Translations under genes and position numbers: made by a program
Notes under the pieces: generated by a model
The model's input: the letters and a program-made list of their open reading frames with translations, nothing else
Databases searched by the model: none
Told to the model about the DNA's origin: nothing
Origin: Basidiobolus meristosporus CBS 931.73
Taxonomy: Eukaryota > Fungi > Basidiobolomycota
DNA: 64,000 nucleotides
Direction: 5' to 3'
Assembly: GCA_002104905.1 (NCBI GenBank)
Contig: MCFE01000023.1
Span: forward strand, 1-64,000
Shown: positions 10,110 through 24,155 of the stretch, piece by piece
Position numbering within the stretch: position 1 is the stretch's first letter
Layout: each line of letters opens with the position of its first letter

Positions 10110-13012
10110 CTAGAAGTACGCGTCTTGGTTGCCATGCTGCGAGTAATCCATCGCTTGAATGTCCGCAACCCCCATCTTCTCCGCAAGTGAGTTGATTGAC
10201 AGTTTGACATTGAGTCGATCGTTCTCAAGGACGGATCGTTGTTTTTCCAGATCGCTGAGTTCCGTATGCATGCTCTTTTCTAGATCTTCCAAGTGCTGTA
10301 GCTTCAGGTCTATTTTCTTCAGCTGTGCGTCAAGTACCGTGTTGACCAACCTATGCACTTCTCTTTCTTCGTATTGGGCGAGAGCATAAGCTTTGGAGGA
10401 TGCTGCTACAATGGCCGAAGCACTAGCCTTCAAAAGATCCGGGCGCTTGAAAAACGATTCCGTTACACTGGCGCCATTCTCCAAGATATATTCCGGATTC
10501 GCCGCCTCTATTTTGACGTCATCAACTGATTTCTCCAGGGGTGCATCCAGATGGTGGGAATTGCCTGTAGACTGAGATTCAGGAAGGGAATCCTCACCTG
10601 ATTGCTTCATTTCGATGGCGCTTCGAGCTAATGATTTCAATGCTGCTTTGGCGGCTGCTGCACCAATTCCGGGATTTACAACTGACCCTAAGAAAATGAC
10701 TGTGTTCATCACAGGGTTCGCCGTATCGCCAAAGGCCAGAGAGTCCAGATTTTCCACATCGATCTCCGACTTCTGTGTATGCAAAAAAGGCTCTTCAATG
10801 GGAATTTGCAGGAAGTGAAGTATACATTGCTCTCGGCTGCGAGTTCCCACGTGCTCTGCGATCCTGTTCCAGTCGTCTTTAAATTCCTCCACTCCTTCCA
10901 ACAACAACAGCGTCTCACTATCCGACCAAGGCTCGTCTTCGACTTGTCGAAGTAACGCCTCTTCGACCTTGACGAAATCCCCACTGTAGAGGTTCATCGG
11001 GAATTTCCCTTCTAGGAAGCATTCTTGGCATAGCTCTAATTTCTTACCCCTGGAGCAACTGTAGCGTAATTTGGAGCAATCTATTTCACAGACACCACAC
11101 TGGTATTTGATATCGCCGTCAACCGGCCCATCCTCAAAGATGTCAGCGCACGGGTCGAGGCAGTTTATATCCGGGGAGCCAGCGGATCTGGAAGATTCTG
11201 AGGGTCGCATATCTCCTGATGATTGATATACATGTCTTCTTAGTTGGAAAGTTCGGTCTGTGAAGCCTTCGGAAGGGCTTTCAGGAATGGGACCTGGAGG
11301 AACTGAGCGTCCGGTAGTTACGATAGCATTGAGCTCTGGAGAAAGATCGGGAGTACACTAGGTCACAAATGAGTTAATAACTAGTGGAGTGAGCATTCTA
11401 CTACCTTGATCAGCTTACCAAATAGTTGATGATCCCCCACTGCTCCATAAATGCGTGTATACGAACGATGGCACGAACATCTCCGCCTAGCTCTTTTCGG
11501 CATTCAGTGATACTCAAGTATTCTGAAGGGTTTCGGCGGTAAAGCTCAATCATACGGTTCCGATAATCTTGATAAGCAGAATTGTCGCCCTCCTCCGCGT
11601 CGAAAAATTCAGGTAGCGCTTTGATTTCAATGTCGTGTACTTCAGCCTCAGAGAACCATGATGCAAAAACTGGAATTCCCGCAGAACGAATTGGCTGGGT
11701 GAGCTCCTGGTGTAACATTGTGCTGGAGATTTCATTTGGTGATGCTTTCGCCTGCGAAGTAGAATTTTCAGTGGAGCCCTCCGCTTCGTTGTCATCTCCA
11801 GCGTGCTCTTGGTTTTCGGGAGTACGATGTGCTGCATGTGAAAAACGTGTGCCCTTGTGTAGATTCGAGGCAATCAGTCTGGAGATGTTGGATATTTCAC
11901 CAGAAGGGAGTGGCTCGTATTCATTTCTCTTGGATCTAACACCAGGCCGAGGTCCGTTTTGCTCGAGATCCACTACGCTGACATTTGGATGGTCAGGAAT
12001 AGGATCAGGAAGTTCAACACCTTCGTCCTCTCCCCGCATGCGTTTAAACTCGGCCTCATAAAGAGGAGTGTCCTCGGAATTGAATGCCACTGATACACTA
12101 CGCTTTGGACCGCTTAGAGCTGAGCGGGAATCTGATGAATCAGAGCGCATCGCTTCGTAGTCCTCTTCATTCATCCATTCATTAAACTTAAAGCTATCTC
12201 GGAGCCAACGCGTAGTAACAGTCCATGCACCATCATGATCTGGTGCTGGCTCAGGCTCTGCGGCGAATACTGGCGTTTCAGGAACCCACGTGTCATATGA
12301 ATCCGGGTAGTACCACCAATGAACAAGAACACGGCCGTCTTTTTTGTCGAGGGTTCGGAACCATTCCTCATCCATCTCATCATTCGTTTCTTCACTGGCG
12401 TCCAATATATGGGTGGCTTGTGTGGATCGGGTCACTACCGAGGCTGTCGGGGAATGAAATGAGTACTTTCAGTTTAAGAGAATTGAAATAAGAATAAATA
12501 CCTTTCAATGCCAAAGCGAGTTCAAATAGTTCCTCGCGTTTATTGGAATCGATCGAGTCGGAAAACAGAATCCTAGGACTTCGTAATAATCCCAAGCGAG
12601 TTAGGACATCGCGTAGATAAACTATCAAGCCGATCAACTTTTCTCGCTTTGGTTGGTTTTCGAAACCCCAATCTTTCCAGCCGTGTACTAATCGATACTG
12701 GTAGGCGGCCTTCAGAATGTGAAATAAGGCCGATTTGGGCGTCAAGTTAACGCACTTGAACAGTTTTGCTGGGATTCTCATGGGATAGGAGGGTTGGCGT
12801 GTAGCCTTTTCTCCTAGCGCGTCTTCTTGGAACTGTTGAATCTTGGCAGTCAAATGTGCCAACTCATCAGCGGACAGATCAAGCTCTAAACCAGGGTTGG
12901 TGGTTCGTAATTCATTCAAGAGGGGCACCACTATTGGCTCAAAGTAAGCTAGAGTGTTCTCGTCTTCATAATATGTAAAGTCAATTCCACCTGACTTTTG
13001 ACTAAGTGTCAT
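10110..13012 (-). CDS. SWI3: SWI/SNF-RSC core subunit SWI3/RSC8/SMARCC-like, multi-exon
   Basis: SMARCC-type N-terminus (QQFQEDALG, HWWYYPDSYDTW), SWIRM (RIHAFMEQWGIINY), ZZ finger (CGVC..CQECF), SANT (WSDSETLLLLEG..W..IAEHVG..CILHFLQIP) and a C-terminal coiled coil. Confidence 0.9.
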
Positions 13013-13382
13013 GTTTATTAGACAAGGGAAATTACTGTACAAAGATGAAGCTGATTGAAATTCATCATCTTGACTAGAATCGATGTAATAACACCCAATC
13101 TCCACGGGCACGTGATCTGGATAAGTGGAATAACGAATGCCAAGTTATGCCAGCAACGTGAATTAAGCAGCGCTAATAAAACTAGTTCAACATCTATCCC
13201 GAAAATTGTTTGATCCATTGGTCAAACAGTCATCTGGTTGGGGCTCCCCCCGTAATGAAAGATGACCCCCATTACCCCGCAGCTTTGCGTTGATGAAAGA
13301 ATAATGGGAAAAGGCAGCCTAGGGTCTTCTGAAAGGTCGAGTCTCTCGAATATTCGTATTTTGAAACTACCTCTCAGCAACT

Positions 13383-13873
13383 ATGTCTTTAGTTCGTGCT
13401 GTAAAAAACTTCGTTAAACTTGCTTCCACCCCCAAGGATCTTTGGCGCTCCTGCCTGTACATTGGTGACTTCAAAGTTGGTACTTTGGTCGGCACCGATA
13501 AATATGGCAACAGATACTACGAGAACAACGACGAAAACTTCGGTAAATTAGCATTTTCTTAGTGACTGGCTGCATGATGGTTGCCTTGATTCCTGAACCA
13601 GGTTTTAATACTGTTGTATATTGAATAGGCCGTGAAAGATGGATAGATTATGCTAAGGGCGATTACGATGCCTCCCAAATCCCACCCGAGTGGCACGGTT
13701 GGATTCACAAGAGCTCCGAAAGAGCTCCAAACAACTACGAATTTACCGTACACAAGTGGAATGCTCAAGACTACTATCCCAACTACACCGGTACTGACAA
13801 AGCGTACAAATCATACAGCACCACCAAGCCCAAAATATCTGCTTGGGAGCCTGAGGTTAAGCCTAGGGTTTAA
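13383..13873 (+). CDS. NDUFA12: NADH:ubiquinone oxidoreductase subunit NDUFA12 (B17.2), one intron
   Basis: Spliced translation: [16 protein letters not shown]...[20 protein letters not shown]. Confidence 0.92.
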
Positions 13874-14148
13874 ATTTAATTCCTCTATCCCCACCTGCAC
13901 ATCTCACAATGATACTTCCACGAATAAGTTAGTCATGTATTAAGGCTCAACCAGACCCATGTGCTCGTAATGTATCTTTCCTCATAAATGAATTCATTAT
14001 AAACAAGTGAGCAAACAAAGAGATTCCAATGGTGATTTCTGGATAGTGATGATGAAAATCTCAATCACAGGGAACGCCCATATATGCTTGATTTTTCGAG
14101 GGGATTTCGAGACCAACTCCTTCTTTGTTAGTAGAGTTTGCGCTGATA

Positions 14149-16662
14149 ATGTCGCACACCACCCATCTTGAAACATGCCTCGGCGGCACCTTGTTCGAGA
14201 AAATATCGAGCTCCAAAATCTTGGTGGTGGGCGCAGGTGGCATTGGCTGTGAATTGCTAAAAAATCTAGTAATGTCCGGCTTCAAAAACATCGAGATAGT
14301 AAGCCACACTTGCCAGGGTTTCCCCAACACCACGCGAAACTCCTTTCTTACAGTGGCTGCTTTTCACCATGCTTTAGGTTGATTTGGATACCATCGATCT
14401 ATCGAACCTGAATCGTCAATTCCTATTCCAAAAACAGCACATCAAAAAATCCAAGGCACATGTAAGGTTCCCCGACTTTCTCTTTTCCGCCGAAAATTGG
14501 TTTAATCGTTGTTGGAATAGGTTGCTAGAGAATCTGTGCTGAAATTCAACCCCAACGTGAACATCCTCTCCCACCACGCGAATATCAACGACCCGCAATT
14601 TAGTGTGGAATGGTTCAAGCGGTTTGACCTGGTTATGAATGCGTTAGATAATTTAGGTTGGTGCTGGTTAATACCCGCTTTTGGTGGCTTCCTTTATTGA
14701 TGTGCAATTCCAAGATGCCCGTCGTCGCGTGAATCTTATGTGTTTGGCAAGTGATGTGCCGTTGATAGAATCAGGTACCGCCGGGTACTTGGGCCAAGTA
14801 ACTGTTATTCGGAAAGTACGTATGTGTAGCCAAGCGCAACGGTATTGCGAGTTGCTTAATCGACGTTTCTTGTGATTCTAGGGTGTAACCGAGTGCTTTG
14901 ATTGTCAACCTAAACCAACCCCCAAGACCTTTCCCATATGTACCATTAGAAGCACCCCTAGCGCACCGATCCACTGTATCGTTTGGGCCAAGAACTATCT
15001 TTTCAGGTGATTCCAAAAAAGCCACAGCTTACAACAAAGAAGGCCTTTTGACCTGTTCTTTTAGTCAACTGTTTGGAAAGAGCGACGATGACGACCAAGT
15101 AGTAGAAGGGAGCGACAACACAGAGAATGGTAAAAGCCACATCCAACCATTTCTGTACAATCACCCTATTGATCCCTCAAAAGCCCAGGAAATAGAGAGC
15201 TTAAGGAAAGAGGCCGAGTCTCTCAAACGGCTAAGAGAATCCATCGGCACCCCGGAATATGCACGCCAAGTCTTTGAGAAAGTATGTGATCGATTGTATT
15301 GTAGTGATATGGGGCAATGGATCTAAATGACCACCTTGTTGTAGGTATTCACCGATGATATCAATCGATTAGCATCGATGCCAGATATGTGGAAGTCGCG
15401 ACAACCACCATCTCCACTGTCGTTTGAGGAGCTTAGCCAGTTGCCCCAGGATTCAAGTCAACCCAATACCGCCCAACTCAAAGATCAAGTTGTTTGGTCA
15501 ATAAGAGAGAACTTCCAACACTTCCTCTCCAGGTTCGACCCATTTTCCCTGGTTGCTGTTACTTGTGGCTCACCACTTTGAAAACCAGCACCCAAAGTCT
15601 TAGCGAGAGATACTTGGCGACTGTGGAGAAAGACCCTGAGGGTTGCCTGTGCTTTGATAAGGATGATGACGATAGCTTGGATTTTGTCACCGCCACATCC
15701 AACATGAGAGCCAAGATATTCGGAATAGAGGAGAAGAGTCGATTCCAAGTGAAAGGTATGGATGCGCTCTAGTCGGAGATCGAGTCGAGCCCCGCAACTA
15801 ACTTATCCCATCATCTAGCTATGGCTGGAAATATCATTCCAGCAATTGCGACGACGAATGCCATCATTGCAGGTCTCGTCGTAATGGAGGCCTACAAAAT
15901 TCTGAACAACAAGATCAGCGATTGCTCAACGGTGAGTTCAGCTTACTCTCTCCTCCCTCTTCGATGTGGGTCTAATGTTTGTCTCCAGACTTATTTAGTA
16001 TACGGCTCTCGCAGGCCAAAGCTTCTGTACTCCGAGAAGCTAGCCCCTCCCAACCCGTCATGCTATGTGTGTCGTAACTCACACGCCACATTCAAGGCCA
16101 ATCTTGAGACTTTTACACTCCAGCAATTCATCGATATCGTACGTGACCCCTCAGGGAGCATCAACATGGGAGAGGAAATCACTATTTTGGAGGGAGAGAG
16201 GTACGGACATTCATTTCGCTCTGATAGACTTGTGGGCTAAAAAGAAGCCAGGCTTTTATACGACATCGAGTTCGAAGACAACGTGGAGAGCACCTTCGAG
16301 TCCCTCGGACTTACCAACGGCAAAATGGTCACCGTGTCATCGGATGAAGACTCGACCAAGTCGATTGTTTTCATGATTCGTCAATGGTAAGAGGCAAGTT
16401 CCAGATATTTCCAGACCATCGACCTCACCTTCCTCGGAACCCCTGTAGCGACTCGTTTGAGCAGGACCTCGCCTTCGACATCGAGGGCTTAGCCATATCG
16501 AATGAGACTGACGTGACACGTCAAGCTAAACGTAAAGTTGAAGAAGTTGCCTCCATATCTCAGCCGGAATCCAATAAACGCCAGGCTACCGAGACCAACG
16601 GCGTTTCTCAGCCTGAGATCACCGTCATCGAAGAGAACGACGGGGTGATATTGTTAGATTGA
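14149..16662 (+). CDS. UBA2: SUMO-activating enzyme E1 subunit 2, multi-exon
   Basis: [43 protein letters not shown], catalytic region [35 protein letters not shown] and the CYVC zinc site. Confidence 0.93.
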
Positions 16663-16837
16663 AGTAGGTAGAGCTGTAGGTAGAGTTGTCATAATAAACA
16701 AGACTGTCACCATTTGGAGAAATCATGAATTGGGTGGAGAATCTGAATGGGTGGACTATTTCATAGGGGGATGAAGAAAATGGGGATTGCCCGTATAATT
16801 GGGTCATCTATTTATTTTGTTTCTTTCAACCGGTGAT

Positions 16838-17746
16838 ATGTCTGCCACAAACGTACGTAAGTTGCTAAGCAAGGCGAAGCAGAATCGTTCCACTACTTCC
16901 AAAATCGACCACCCCCTGGCCAAGTATGACTCCCTGGGTCGCTTGACTTGCATCGTTTGCAACAGCACAGTAAAGAGCGAGAGGGGATGGCCTGTACACT
17001 TGTCAAGCAAACTGCATAAAGAGAGCCTTGAGCGCGTCAAGGCCCTGCCGAAAAGCCAAGCCGCGGGTATATCCTCTTCTAAGAGGGGTCTTGATGTTGG
17101 TACACGGATTCCTTCCTCTGCAGCCCCCCTCCAAACTAGTTTAGAGGAATACGACCAACCTTCAGAAGAAGAATCGACCGAGGACTTGGCTGAACCGAAA
17201 CAGAAGAAGCTTAAATCTGATCCGACTCCAGATCAAGAGTCTACCCCAGAGGAGCAGGCGCCAAACGGGGAGGAATCCTCCCTTCCAGCAGACTTTTTCG
17301 ATGCGCCTCCGGAAAACCCTGAAGAACAATCGGCCGCTGTGGAGGAAGAGGTACCAAAGCCTGAGAGCGGTCTTCCAGCCGGCTTCTTCGACAACGCGGA
17401 GGAGGAGGTAAAAGTCCTAGGCTCCACGGCCCCCAAGGTAAAAGAGGCCACCCTGGAAAAAGAATGGGAGATCTTCCAAAGAGAGATTCACCAGGAAGCA
17501 CAACTCGCGGAGAAGATAGTCGAGCAGGAGGAAGTCGAGACTGCATTGGATAGAGAGGAAGAGGAGCGACGCACTCAGGCAAGCCTGCTTAGCCGCGTAA
17601 ACCTTCTGAAGATGAAAGCAGCCGAGAACCGACGCATCATTGGCGAGCCAGTCGTTGTTACGCATCAGAGTGAAGAGTCGGAGGAGCTGACTGACGACGA
17701 AGTGTATGAAGATCTACTAGACTGGCGTACTAGACGGGCCATTTGA
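16838..17746 (+). CDS. ZNF830/CCDC16-like spliceosome-associated zinc finger protein
   Basis: KIDHPLAKYDSLGRLTCIVC...WPVHLSSKLH, LPADFFD/LPAGFFD repeats, acidic coiled coil and C-terminal DWRTRRAI. Confidence 0.8.
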   Translation: MSATNVRKLLSKAKQNRSTTSKIDHPLAKYDSLGRLTCIVCNSTVKSERGWPVHLSSKLHKESLERVKALPKSQAAGISSSKRGLDVGTRIPSSAAPLQTSLEEYDQPSEEESTEDLAEPKQKKLKSDPTPDQESTPEEQAPNGEESSLPADFFDAPPENPEEQSAAVEEEVPKPESGLPAGFFDNAEEEVKVLGSTAPKVKEATLEKEWEIFQREIHQEAQLAEKIVEQEEVETALDREEEERRTQASLLSRVNLLKMKAAENRRIIGEPVVVTHQSEESEELTDDEVYEDLLDWRTRRAI

Positions 17747-17855
17747 TTTGTGCATATAGACGGTGTGGATGTGTGAATAACAAAAAAAAAGGATTCTCTA
17801 CCACCAAAGCGCTTTGTGAGTTCTATGGATTTTATTGTAAACTGGGTTGCGGGGG

Positions 17856-20800
17856 TTAAGGAAGTGAGATCAGGAACAGTTTTTTGAAATCGTCGTCGAA
17901 GAATCCTTCCGAGTCGTTGGAAGAGGGGCAGATCCCCGAGCTGACTGACTCGGTCGGAACGAAATAAAGGTTGCGCAGCAGAGGATGCAGCACGAATTGG
18001 TCCAGCTTGGCAAGCGCCCCCTTTAATTCTAGATGACGATGTGTTAGGAAGCGTGGGTCGTGATGGATGGTTGAGTGGCATACCTGAAGTTAGCGACTCC
18101 CCGGGCTCAACCTTCTTGGCTAGCATGATGATTGTGGCAATTCTAAATGCTTGTGTGAATATGGTGGCATGTCCGGTGAAGCCGAAAGGTCCAAAGTTCT
18201 TGGGCTGTAGATTGGATTAGAAATCCGTTGAGATCAATCGGAATTGCTGCACATTACCTGTCTCTGTGCTATCTCCAAACCATCGATCAGCCTGACCAAC
18301 TGAGAGATCGCCAAGCGCCCTTCACTTAAAAGAAGCTCTCTTACAGCGTTGGGCAATAGATGGCGCTTGTTCACCTTGGTCAAGGTATCCTCAACCACTC
18401 GGAACACCAATTGGATCTCAATCAAATCTTCTTTGTATATATTGGGTCTCTCGTTGATGAAGAGTGCTCGGGTTGGGTTGAGCTCGTCCTCTAATATGGT
18501 ATCTGGAACGGCAAACAGTTTAGTCGGGGAGGGGGAGGGATTCTCAACTACAAGTCAATCATGCTTACCGAACGGCTGTTCTCCCTTCAAAATCCCAAAT
18601 AGGCCTTCACCAGGTTTTCGGAAGTGGGCGCCAATTCGGCAGCGTTCCGGCAGCAGATTTCCGCTGCTCGCTCGGAGTTCATGGGTGTCCAATGGGCGCC
18701 GATCTTGGAGACAAGCTGAGCACTCTCTTGGCGAATATCGATATCGTCGTCTTGTAACAGACGCACCAGGATACGGTAAACCTTTATGAGCACTTCATTC
18801 TCCTCTTCATTTGTGTTCGCCGTGCCACGCGATCTGAGTGTTCCCTCGAAATGCTGGATAGACGTGAATGCCGCCTCTCTCAGGGATAGGGAAATCGCCT
18901 CTTCGCTGTATTTCTCGATGTAAGTCACCCAGGTTCTGGAGATTTGTAGGGTCTCCCGCTCGCTAAGTTCGTACTCGTTCTGATGCAGCCACATGTAATT
19001 CACCAAAGACCCCAGAAGAGGCAGCGTCAGCTCAATGACTGTCAGAGATTTGGTGCTGCTCATCATATTCATCAGGCGATCCCAGAATACACGAATACCA
19101 AACTCAATGCGCTTTTCCGCGTAAGCATCAATAATCACTGGTATGAAGTTGCCGCGCGAAAGTAGCTCGATTTCGATCTTGAGGCACTCCAGGTTTTCTT
19201 CCTGGCGATAAACCAACTGTGCTAATTTCTGCCACAATCCCGTGATGCTTATCTTGTACTCCGAATGCTCTTTCAGGAGCCGAGCCAGGGTGCGAAGCGT
19301 AGAGAGTCGAACCTCGTAATCCGGGTCTTCCAGTAGCGCACCAATGACCTCATCCGCAGTTACCTCGACAAAGTCGAGACCTTGAGTGATGGTCTGAGTG
19401 GTGATGATTTTGGCTGCATGTCTGTGCACCAAATATCTACCAACATCAACAACCTTACTCGCCGTTGGTTGCGTGAACACATCTTCAAAAGCAAATGTGA
19501 GCACGCTTCTACGAAGTTCCACAAACGCACGATCAGCTAGTTCCCTCATCTCCTCATGTATCTCCTGGGCTAGATTTGCCTTGATCCAGCTGGGTTCGAG
19601 GATGAATTCCGAAACGATGTCGTAGAACACTGCCCTGGTTACACTGCACCGGTTAATTCCAAGTAAGAGGTTGATCTTGGCTTGGAAGAGCGAAGAGATG
19701 GCAACGATAACATCCTTGCGGATCTCGTGGTTTGCCACGCTATACAAATGGCCTCTAAGCAGGGACAACAACTGTACAAGGCGACCGTGAAGTTTGTTTT
19801 GTGATACAAGATCGACATCTTTCCACAGAGTTTCGATAGTCTTTACTAGATCGTTGGAAACGATTAACGGGACCAGTGCTCGCGCTGCCATCTCGCGTGT
19901 TTTGTAGATCGATCCTCCAGCGCACTCTAGAACAGCTGGAACAAAGGCGGACATGGTCAATGCCGAGTTGGATCCATCCATAACCGAAGGTTGTAACCGA
20001 GAGAGTAATGTCAAGACAGGATACAGCCCTGGATGAACAGCCGATGAGTCAAGCTCCTTTGACTTGAATAGTTGATCAACTGCAACCTTGAGCTCTTTCA
20101 GCAGGAAAGGATGCAGCGCGGGAAAACGAGAGAAGAACTCCTTTCCAGTAAGTGTATTCATGGAGTGATGTTCATCCTTGGTTTTCTTGGTTCCAAATGT
20201 TCTCTGTAGTAACGTAGAGAAAAGCATCACTGAACAGTTTCTTACTGCCCAGCAATCCGAAGAAAAACCTGAGATAGCCAGCATGAAGGCATCCTCCACG
20301 TACGCCAACACATTGGTGCCCTGTTTAGCATCAGAGAACATGGTGCGGAGGATGTTGAAAGCGTGGACCTGAGGCAGATCGCTATTCTCATTTGCCCTCG
20401 AGGCGGGGGTTTCGTGGGCGATTTTCAGAACGCTTTTCATGGTGTAATTTAAGAGCTGAGTACTGTCCGCGGGCTCGCTACTCACAATGGCCAAAATACT
20501 CAATGGGAGCCCTGCGCTTCTACGGGTGATAGATACCGAATTCGAAAGGATGTTATCCAAATTTTCGTCCAACCACGACCTAGGTATGGCGGAGAATTGT
20601 GGCTCAGCGGCGATCAGCAATCTTGAACAGACGGATATAAAGGCTGGTTGGACAGCGGAGAAAGCACCACGATGACGAATCGTGGTCAACAAGCTTCGGA
20701 GCAAGTTTCCCCCTTGAACCACATGGTCGTATTCCATGATGGCTGGCAATTTACCACCGTCGTTAAGGGGAACTCGGGCCAAGAGTATGCCAAGCAGAGT

Positions 20801-23800
20801 GCTAGCTTCTTTAACGGCTCTCCAGCAATAGCTGAGTATAACTTGATGCTTCGGTCCGATGGATTCACCCTCACCATCGTCTTGTTGGATCATATCGTCA
20901 ATCGCCCCCTCGATTTCTTGGAACGATGCTGGCATGTTACCTTCAGGAGAAGGATTAGATAAAACATCCAGCACGGTGGAGCACACCGAATGCACCAGGT
21001 TGAATGTGCGTAGATGAAGCTGGCGCCATAGCTCGACGTTGTCTTTTATGCTCTTGGTTGAGTAATCGAGGTCCTGGAAAATATACGTCAAAGCCATAAG
21101 TGAGCCATGCATAGGGTGATTTTGAGCAGCAAATAAAAGATTGTGGCATGCAAAATCGTGCTGTGTTTCCAGTAGGTTGAGCAACTTGTTGGTGAAATCA
21201 ATCGAGGGAACTGCGGTGGTGTCATGATTCTCGGTGGATTCCTTCATCTCAACTTCCAGGCGGAAGCCCAGCTTCTCCACGTACTTGGAGAATAACAATC
21301 TAAAAACGGTGGCCCCACTCTCGCTCTCATTTGCGCGATTGCTGGTCATGGCTTCAAAACCCCACCACAACAGCTTCTGTACGTCTTCCATCGATTCGAT
21401 CCCCGGCAAAGGAGAAGGGAACAAGAACAAAATGTTTCTGGCCGTTTCTCGGTTAGCCTCGAATGGGTTCATTAGAGTCTCGACCAGGATCTTGCTGTTT
21501 CTTTCTGTAGCCAAAGGAAGGCGGAATGGGAAGCTTGGAGCGTTGCAATGCTCGCTGACAAACCCGTTAGGCAGGGGAGTGTCATCGATACCGAAATGTT
21601 TAAGCAATAGCTCGAAGAGTTTCAACGCGCTAAATACGCGCTGATATGAGGAGCCTGGATAAAGAGAGGCCATTGAGAGATCACAGAGCCAGACAAGGAA
21701 AGATTTGATATTGTTGATTTTTTCCATAATCAAGCTCAGCTCCTTCTGCAGCTCAGGCTTTGCCCCTTGCTTCTCCATCCGCTTTTGCTTCGATTGGTAT
21801 ACCCTCCACATGCTGTAGAGGTTCCCGCGAAGGCGGATAAAGAACTTGGTCAGATGGCCATAGAACTTCTGTCGAAATTCGGGGGAGGTGTGGTTCATGT
21901 TGAGAGTGAGGAAATCCTTCAGCAGGTCAATCTCGCTCACGGTCACCTCGGCGGTAACCTTGTGGGCTTGGCAAAGAAGGCCAAGAACATCGATTCGCAG
22001 ATAAAGATCACCATGGTGAATTGCTTCCCGTAATATCTCCATATTGAGCTTCTTTTCGCTTGCATTGGTGGGTCCTGAGTGAAAAGAGTGGCCATCGATC
22101 AAATCCAAGGACTTTCCAGCCTTGATGACAGAAATCATCGCATTCATACGGTATTGTGGGCAGCTCACATATTCATCATCCATTTGCTGCAGGGACTCAA
22201 TAGCAGACCAAAAGGAATCTGGGTGTGTTTTAAAAACCCTGTCCAACAGGAAATGGCTAACGTTCTTACGCACTAGCTCATTTTCGGAGGAGAGGGCTCG
22301 ACATACAGGTACAAGCCACAATTTGGTCCAAGCAGCTAGGTTTGGTTCGTTCTTCTGAAGGATCTCTTCCTTTCTCTTCTCAATAAAGGCTACGATTAGC
22401 TGGGAAGACCTTGGTGCTAGAACTTGGTTATGGAATACAAGAAGAGCCCTTGACATCAAATCAGGGCATGCTTCAAGAAAGAGAGAGGTGCCAACTCGAG
22501 GAAGCAGGCTAGAGGAGAGTGCGTACTTGACTTTACGATACCAGTCCATCTCCATCAGTCGTGTAACCAAGCTTCTTAACAACTCCATATGTGCATCATA
22601 GGAACCCTGAAGCTCACTATTCACTTCACTTATCTCCAAGACTGCCTCGAAAAGATCCTTCACTTTATATTGGACAAGATCGACAGGGTCGTCCCAGTTA
22701 TTCCAGACGTACGACAGTACATGTTGCTGGGTTTCGCTGGTAAGTAGTTCTCTTATGCGCTGAACAGCAATCGGATACTTCGAGGAGTCTTTGCAAGCCG
22801 CTTTACCTACTTCAAACCACATCGATAGAGTTTCGAAGGCCAATGCTTTGATCTGCGAATCAAAGGATTCATCGCAAAAGCCTACAAGCTTGGGGAACAT
22901 AGCACCATGCAGGCATTGGTCATGGAGCATGGGGACTCTAGTATTAACAATGGTTAATATGGGTCGCTGAAGCTAGATTAGCGTACGTGGATTCAACGTA
23001 CTCAGGCGAATGGATTGGAATCACTAGAGTTGAGGTGCGTAAATTCGCCAGAAAACCTCTATAAATTGCCAACTCCGAGCAATTCTTGGGCCCGGCGTTT
23101 GTCAGTAGGTTAGGGAAATCACTAAATACCACGTTCTTTAAATGAGATTCTTGGGTTGTGTTGCTGAAGAAAAGATTTACTATCAAAGAGATAGCTTTCT
23201 CGGGTGGTCCAACCAAATCCAACAAAGAAGCTAGCATCATTCCGGCCAATTGACCATAATCTCTGGTGTATCCACCGCCAGAAGTCATCTTGAGGCAGGA
23301 GTTGATCATCTCCTCATAAACCATCGAGATTTTCTTTTGCGACTCGTTTACCACTTCTTCGTCGAGAACTGAGAACAGATCACGGAAGAATTGCTCATGA
23401 CGAGACAAAAGCCCCAAGATCGTCTTGGTCAGGTTGCCACAGTCAGCCACTCTATCGGAAAGAGCTAGCAATTGAGTGTCGTTGTACGTGTTCTTTTCCA
23501 ATTCCTTCAAGGTAGCGCTCAGGCATTCACACAAGTAGAAAAATGTTGGCTCGACATGCTGTCGAATGATACTGGCGCCAAGAGCGAAATCTAGCGTCGA
23601 ATAAATAGTGACTGCTTTGTTTGTATAAGTATGCTGATAAAATGTGTTGCCAGCAATATACTTCTGGAACTCTTGGCTGAACAAATCGTGCACGTAGTTC
23701 TCTTTCTTAATAACAACCGCACAAGCCTCAAATATAGGAATGCAATGTCTCTGTGGGATCACTTCTATAGAAGTGAAATAAAGCTGAATGATGGTAGGAG

Positions 23801-24155
23801 CAATGAGTTGCTCGATTTGGCTTTCAATTTGTGCGTCCGTGATGTCCTTCAAGTTGTTACGAGCTAATAATCTCTCTATTAAAGCATAAAGTGGATCAGC
23901 CCAAAAGTCAAAAGAGTCATATATGCGAGTGAAAAACTATTCCAGCGAACCTATTGTTTTAAGGGATTGTAATTGTTGATCCCAAGACGCTTGGTCGTCT
24001 TCCAAGAATTTGACAAACGCCTGTGTGGCAGGCAAACAATCCTCCTTACTAATGCTCTTGAGAGCTTCCTGGGCCGAGTGTAACCATTTCGGGTTAATCG
24101 GAATAGTAAGCTTTCTTCCTTTGAGGTGAAGCCTGTTCTTATCTAGAAGACCCAT
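17856..24155 (-). CDS. THADA: THADA/Trm732-like armadillo protein (DUF2428), tRNA 2'-O-methylation cofactor; one apparent 1-nt frameshift near 18595
   Basis: 1447-aa exon with RHRGAF, ITRRSAGLP, PQVHAFNILR, WAVRNCSVMLFSTLLQRTFG and FFSRFPALH. Further exons run upstream to the ATG at 24155 and downstream to TAA at 17856. Confidence 0.88.
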
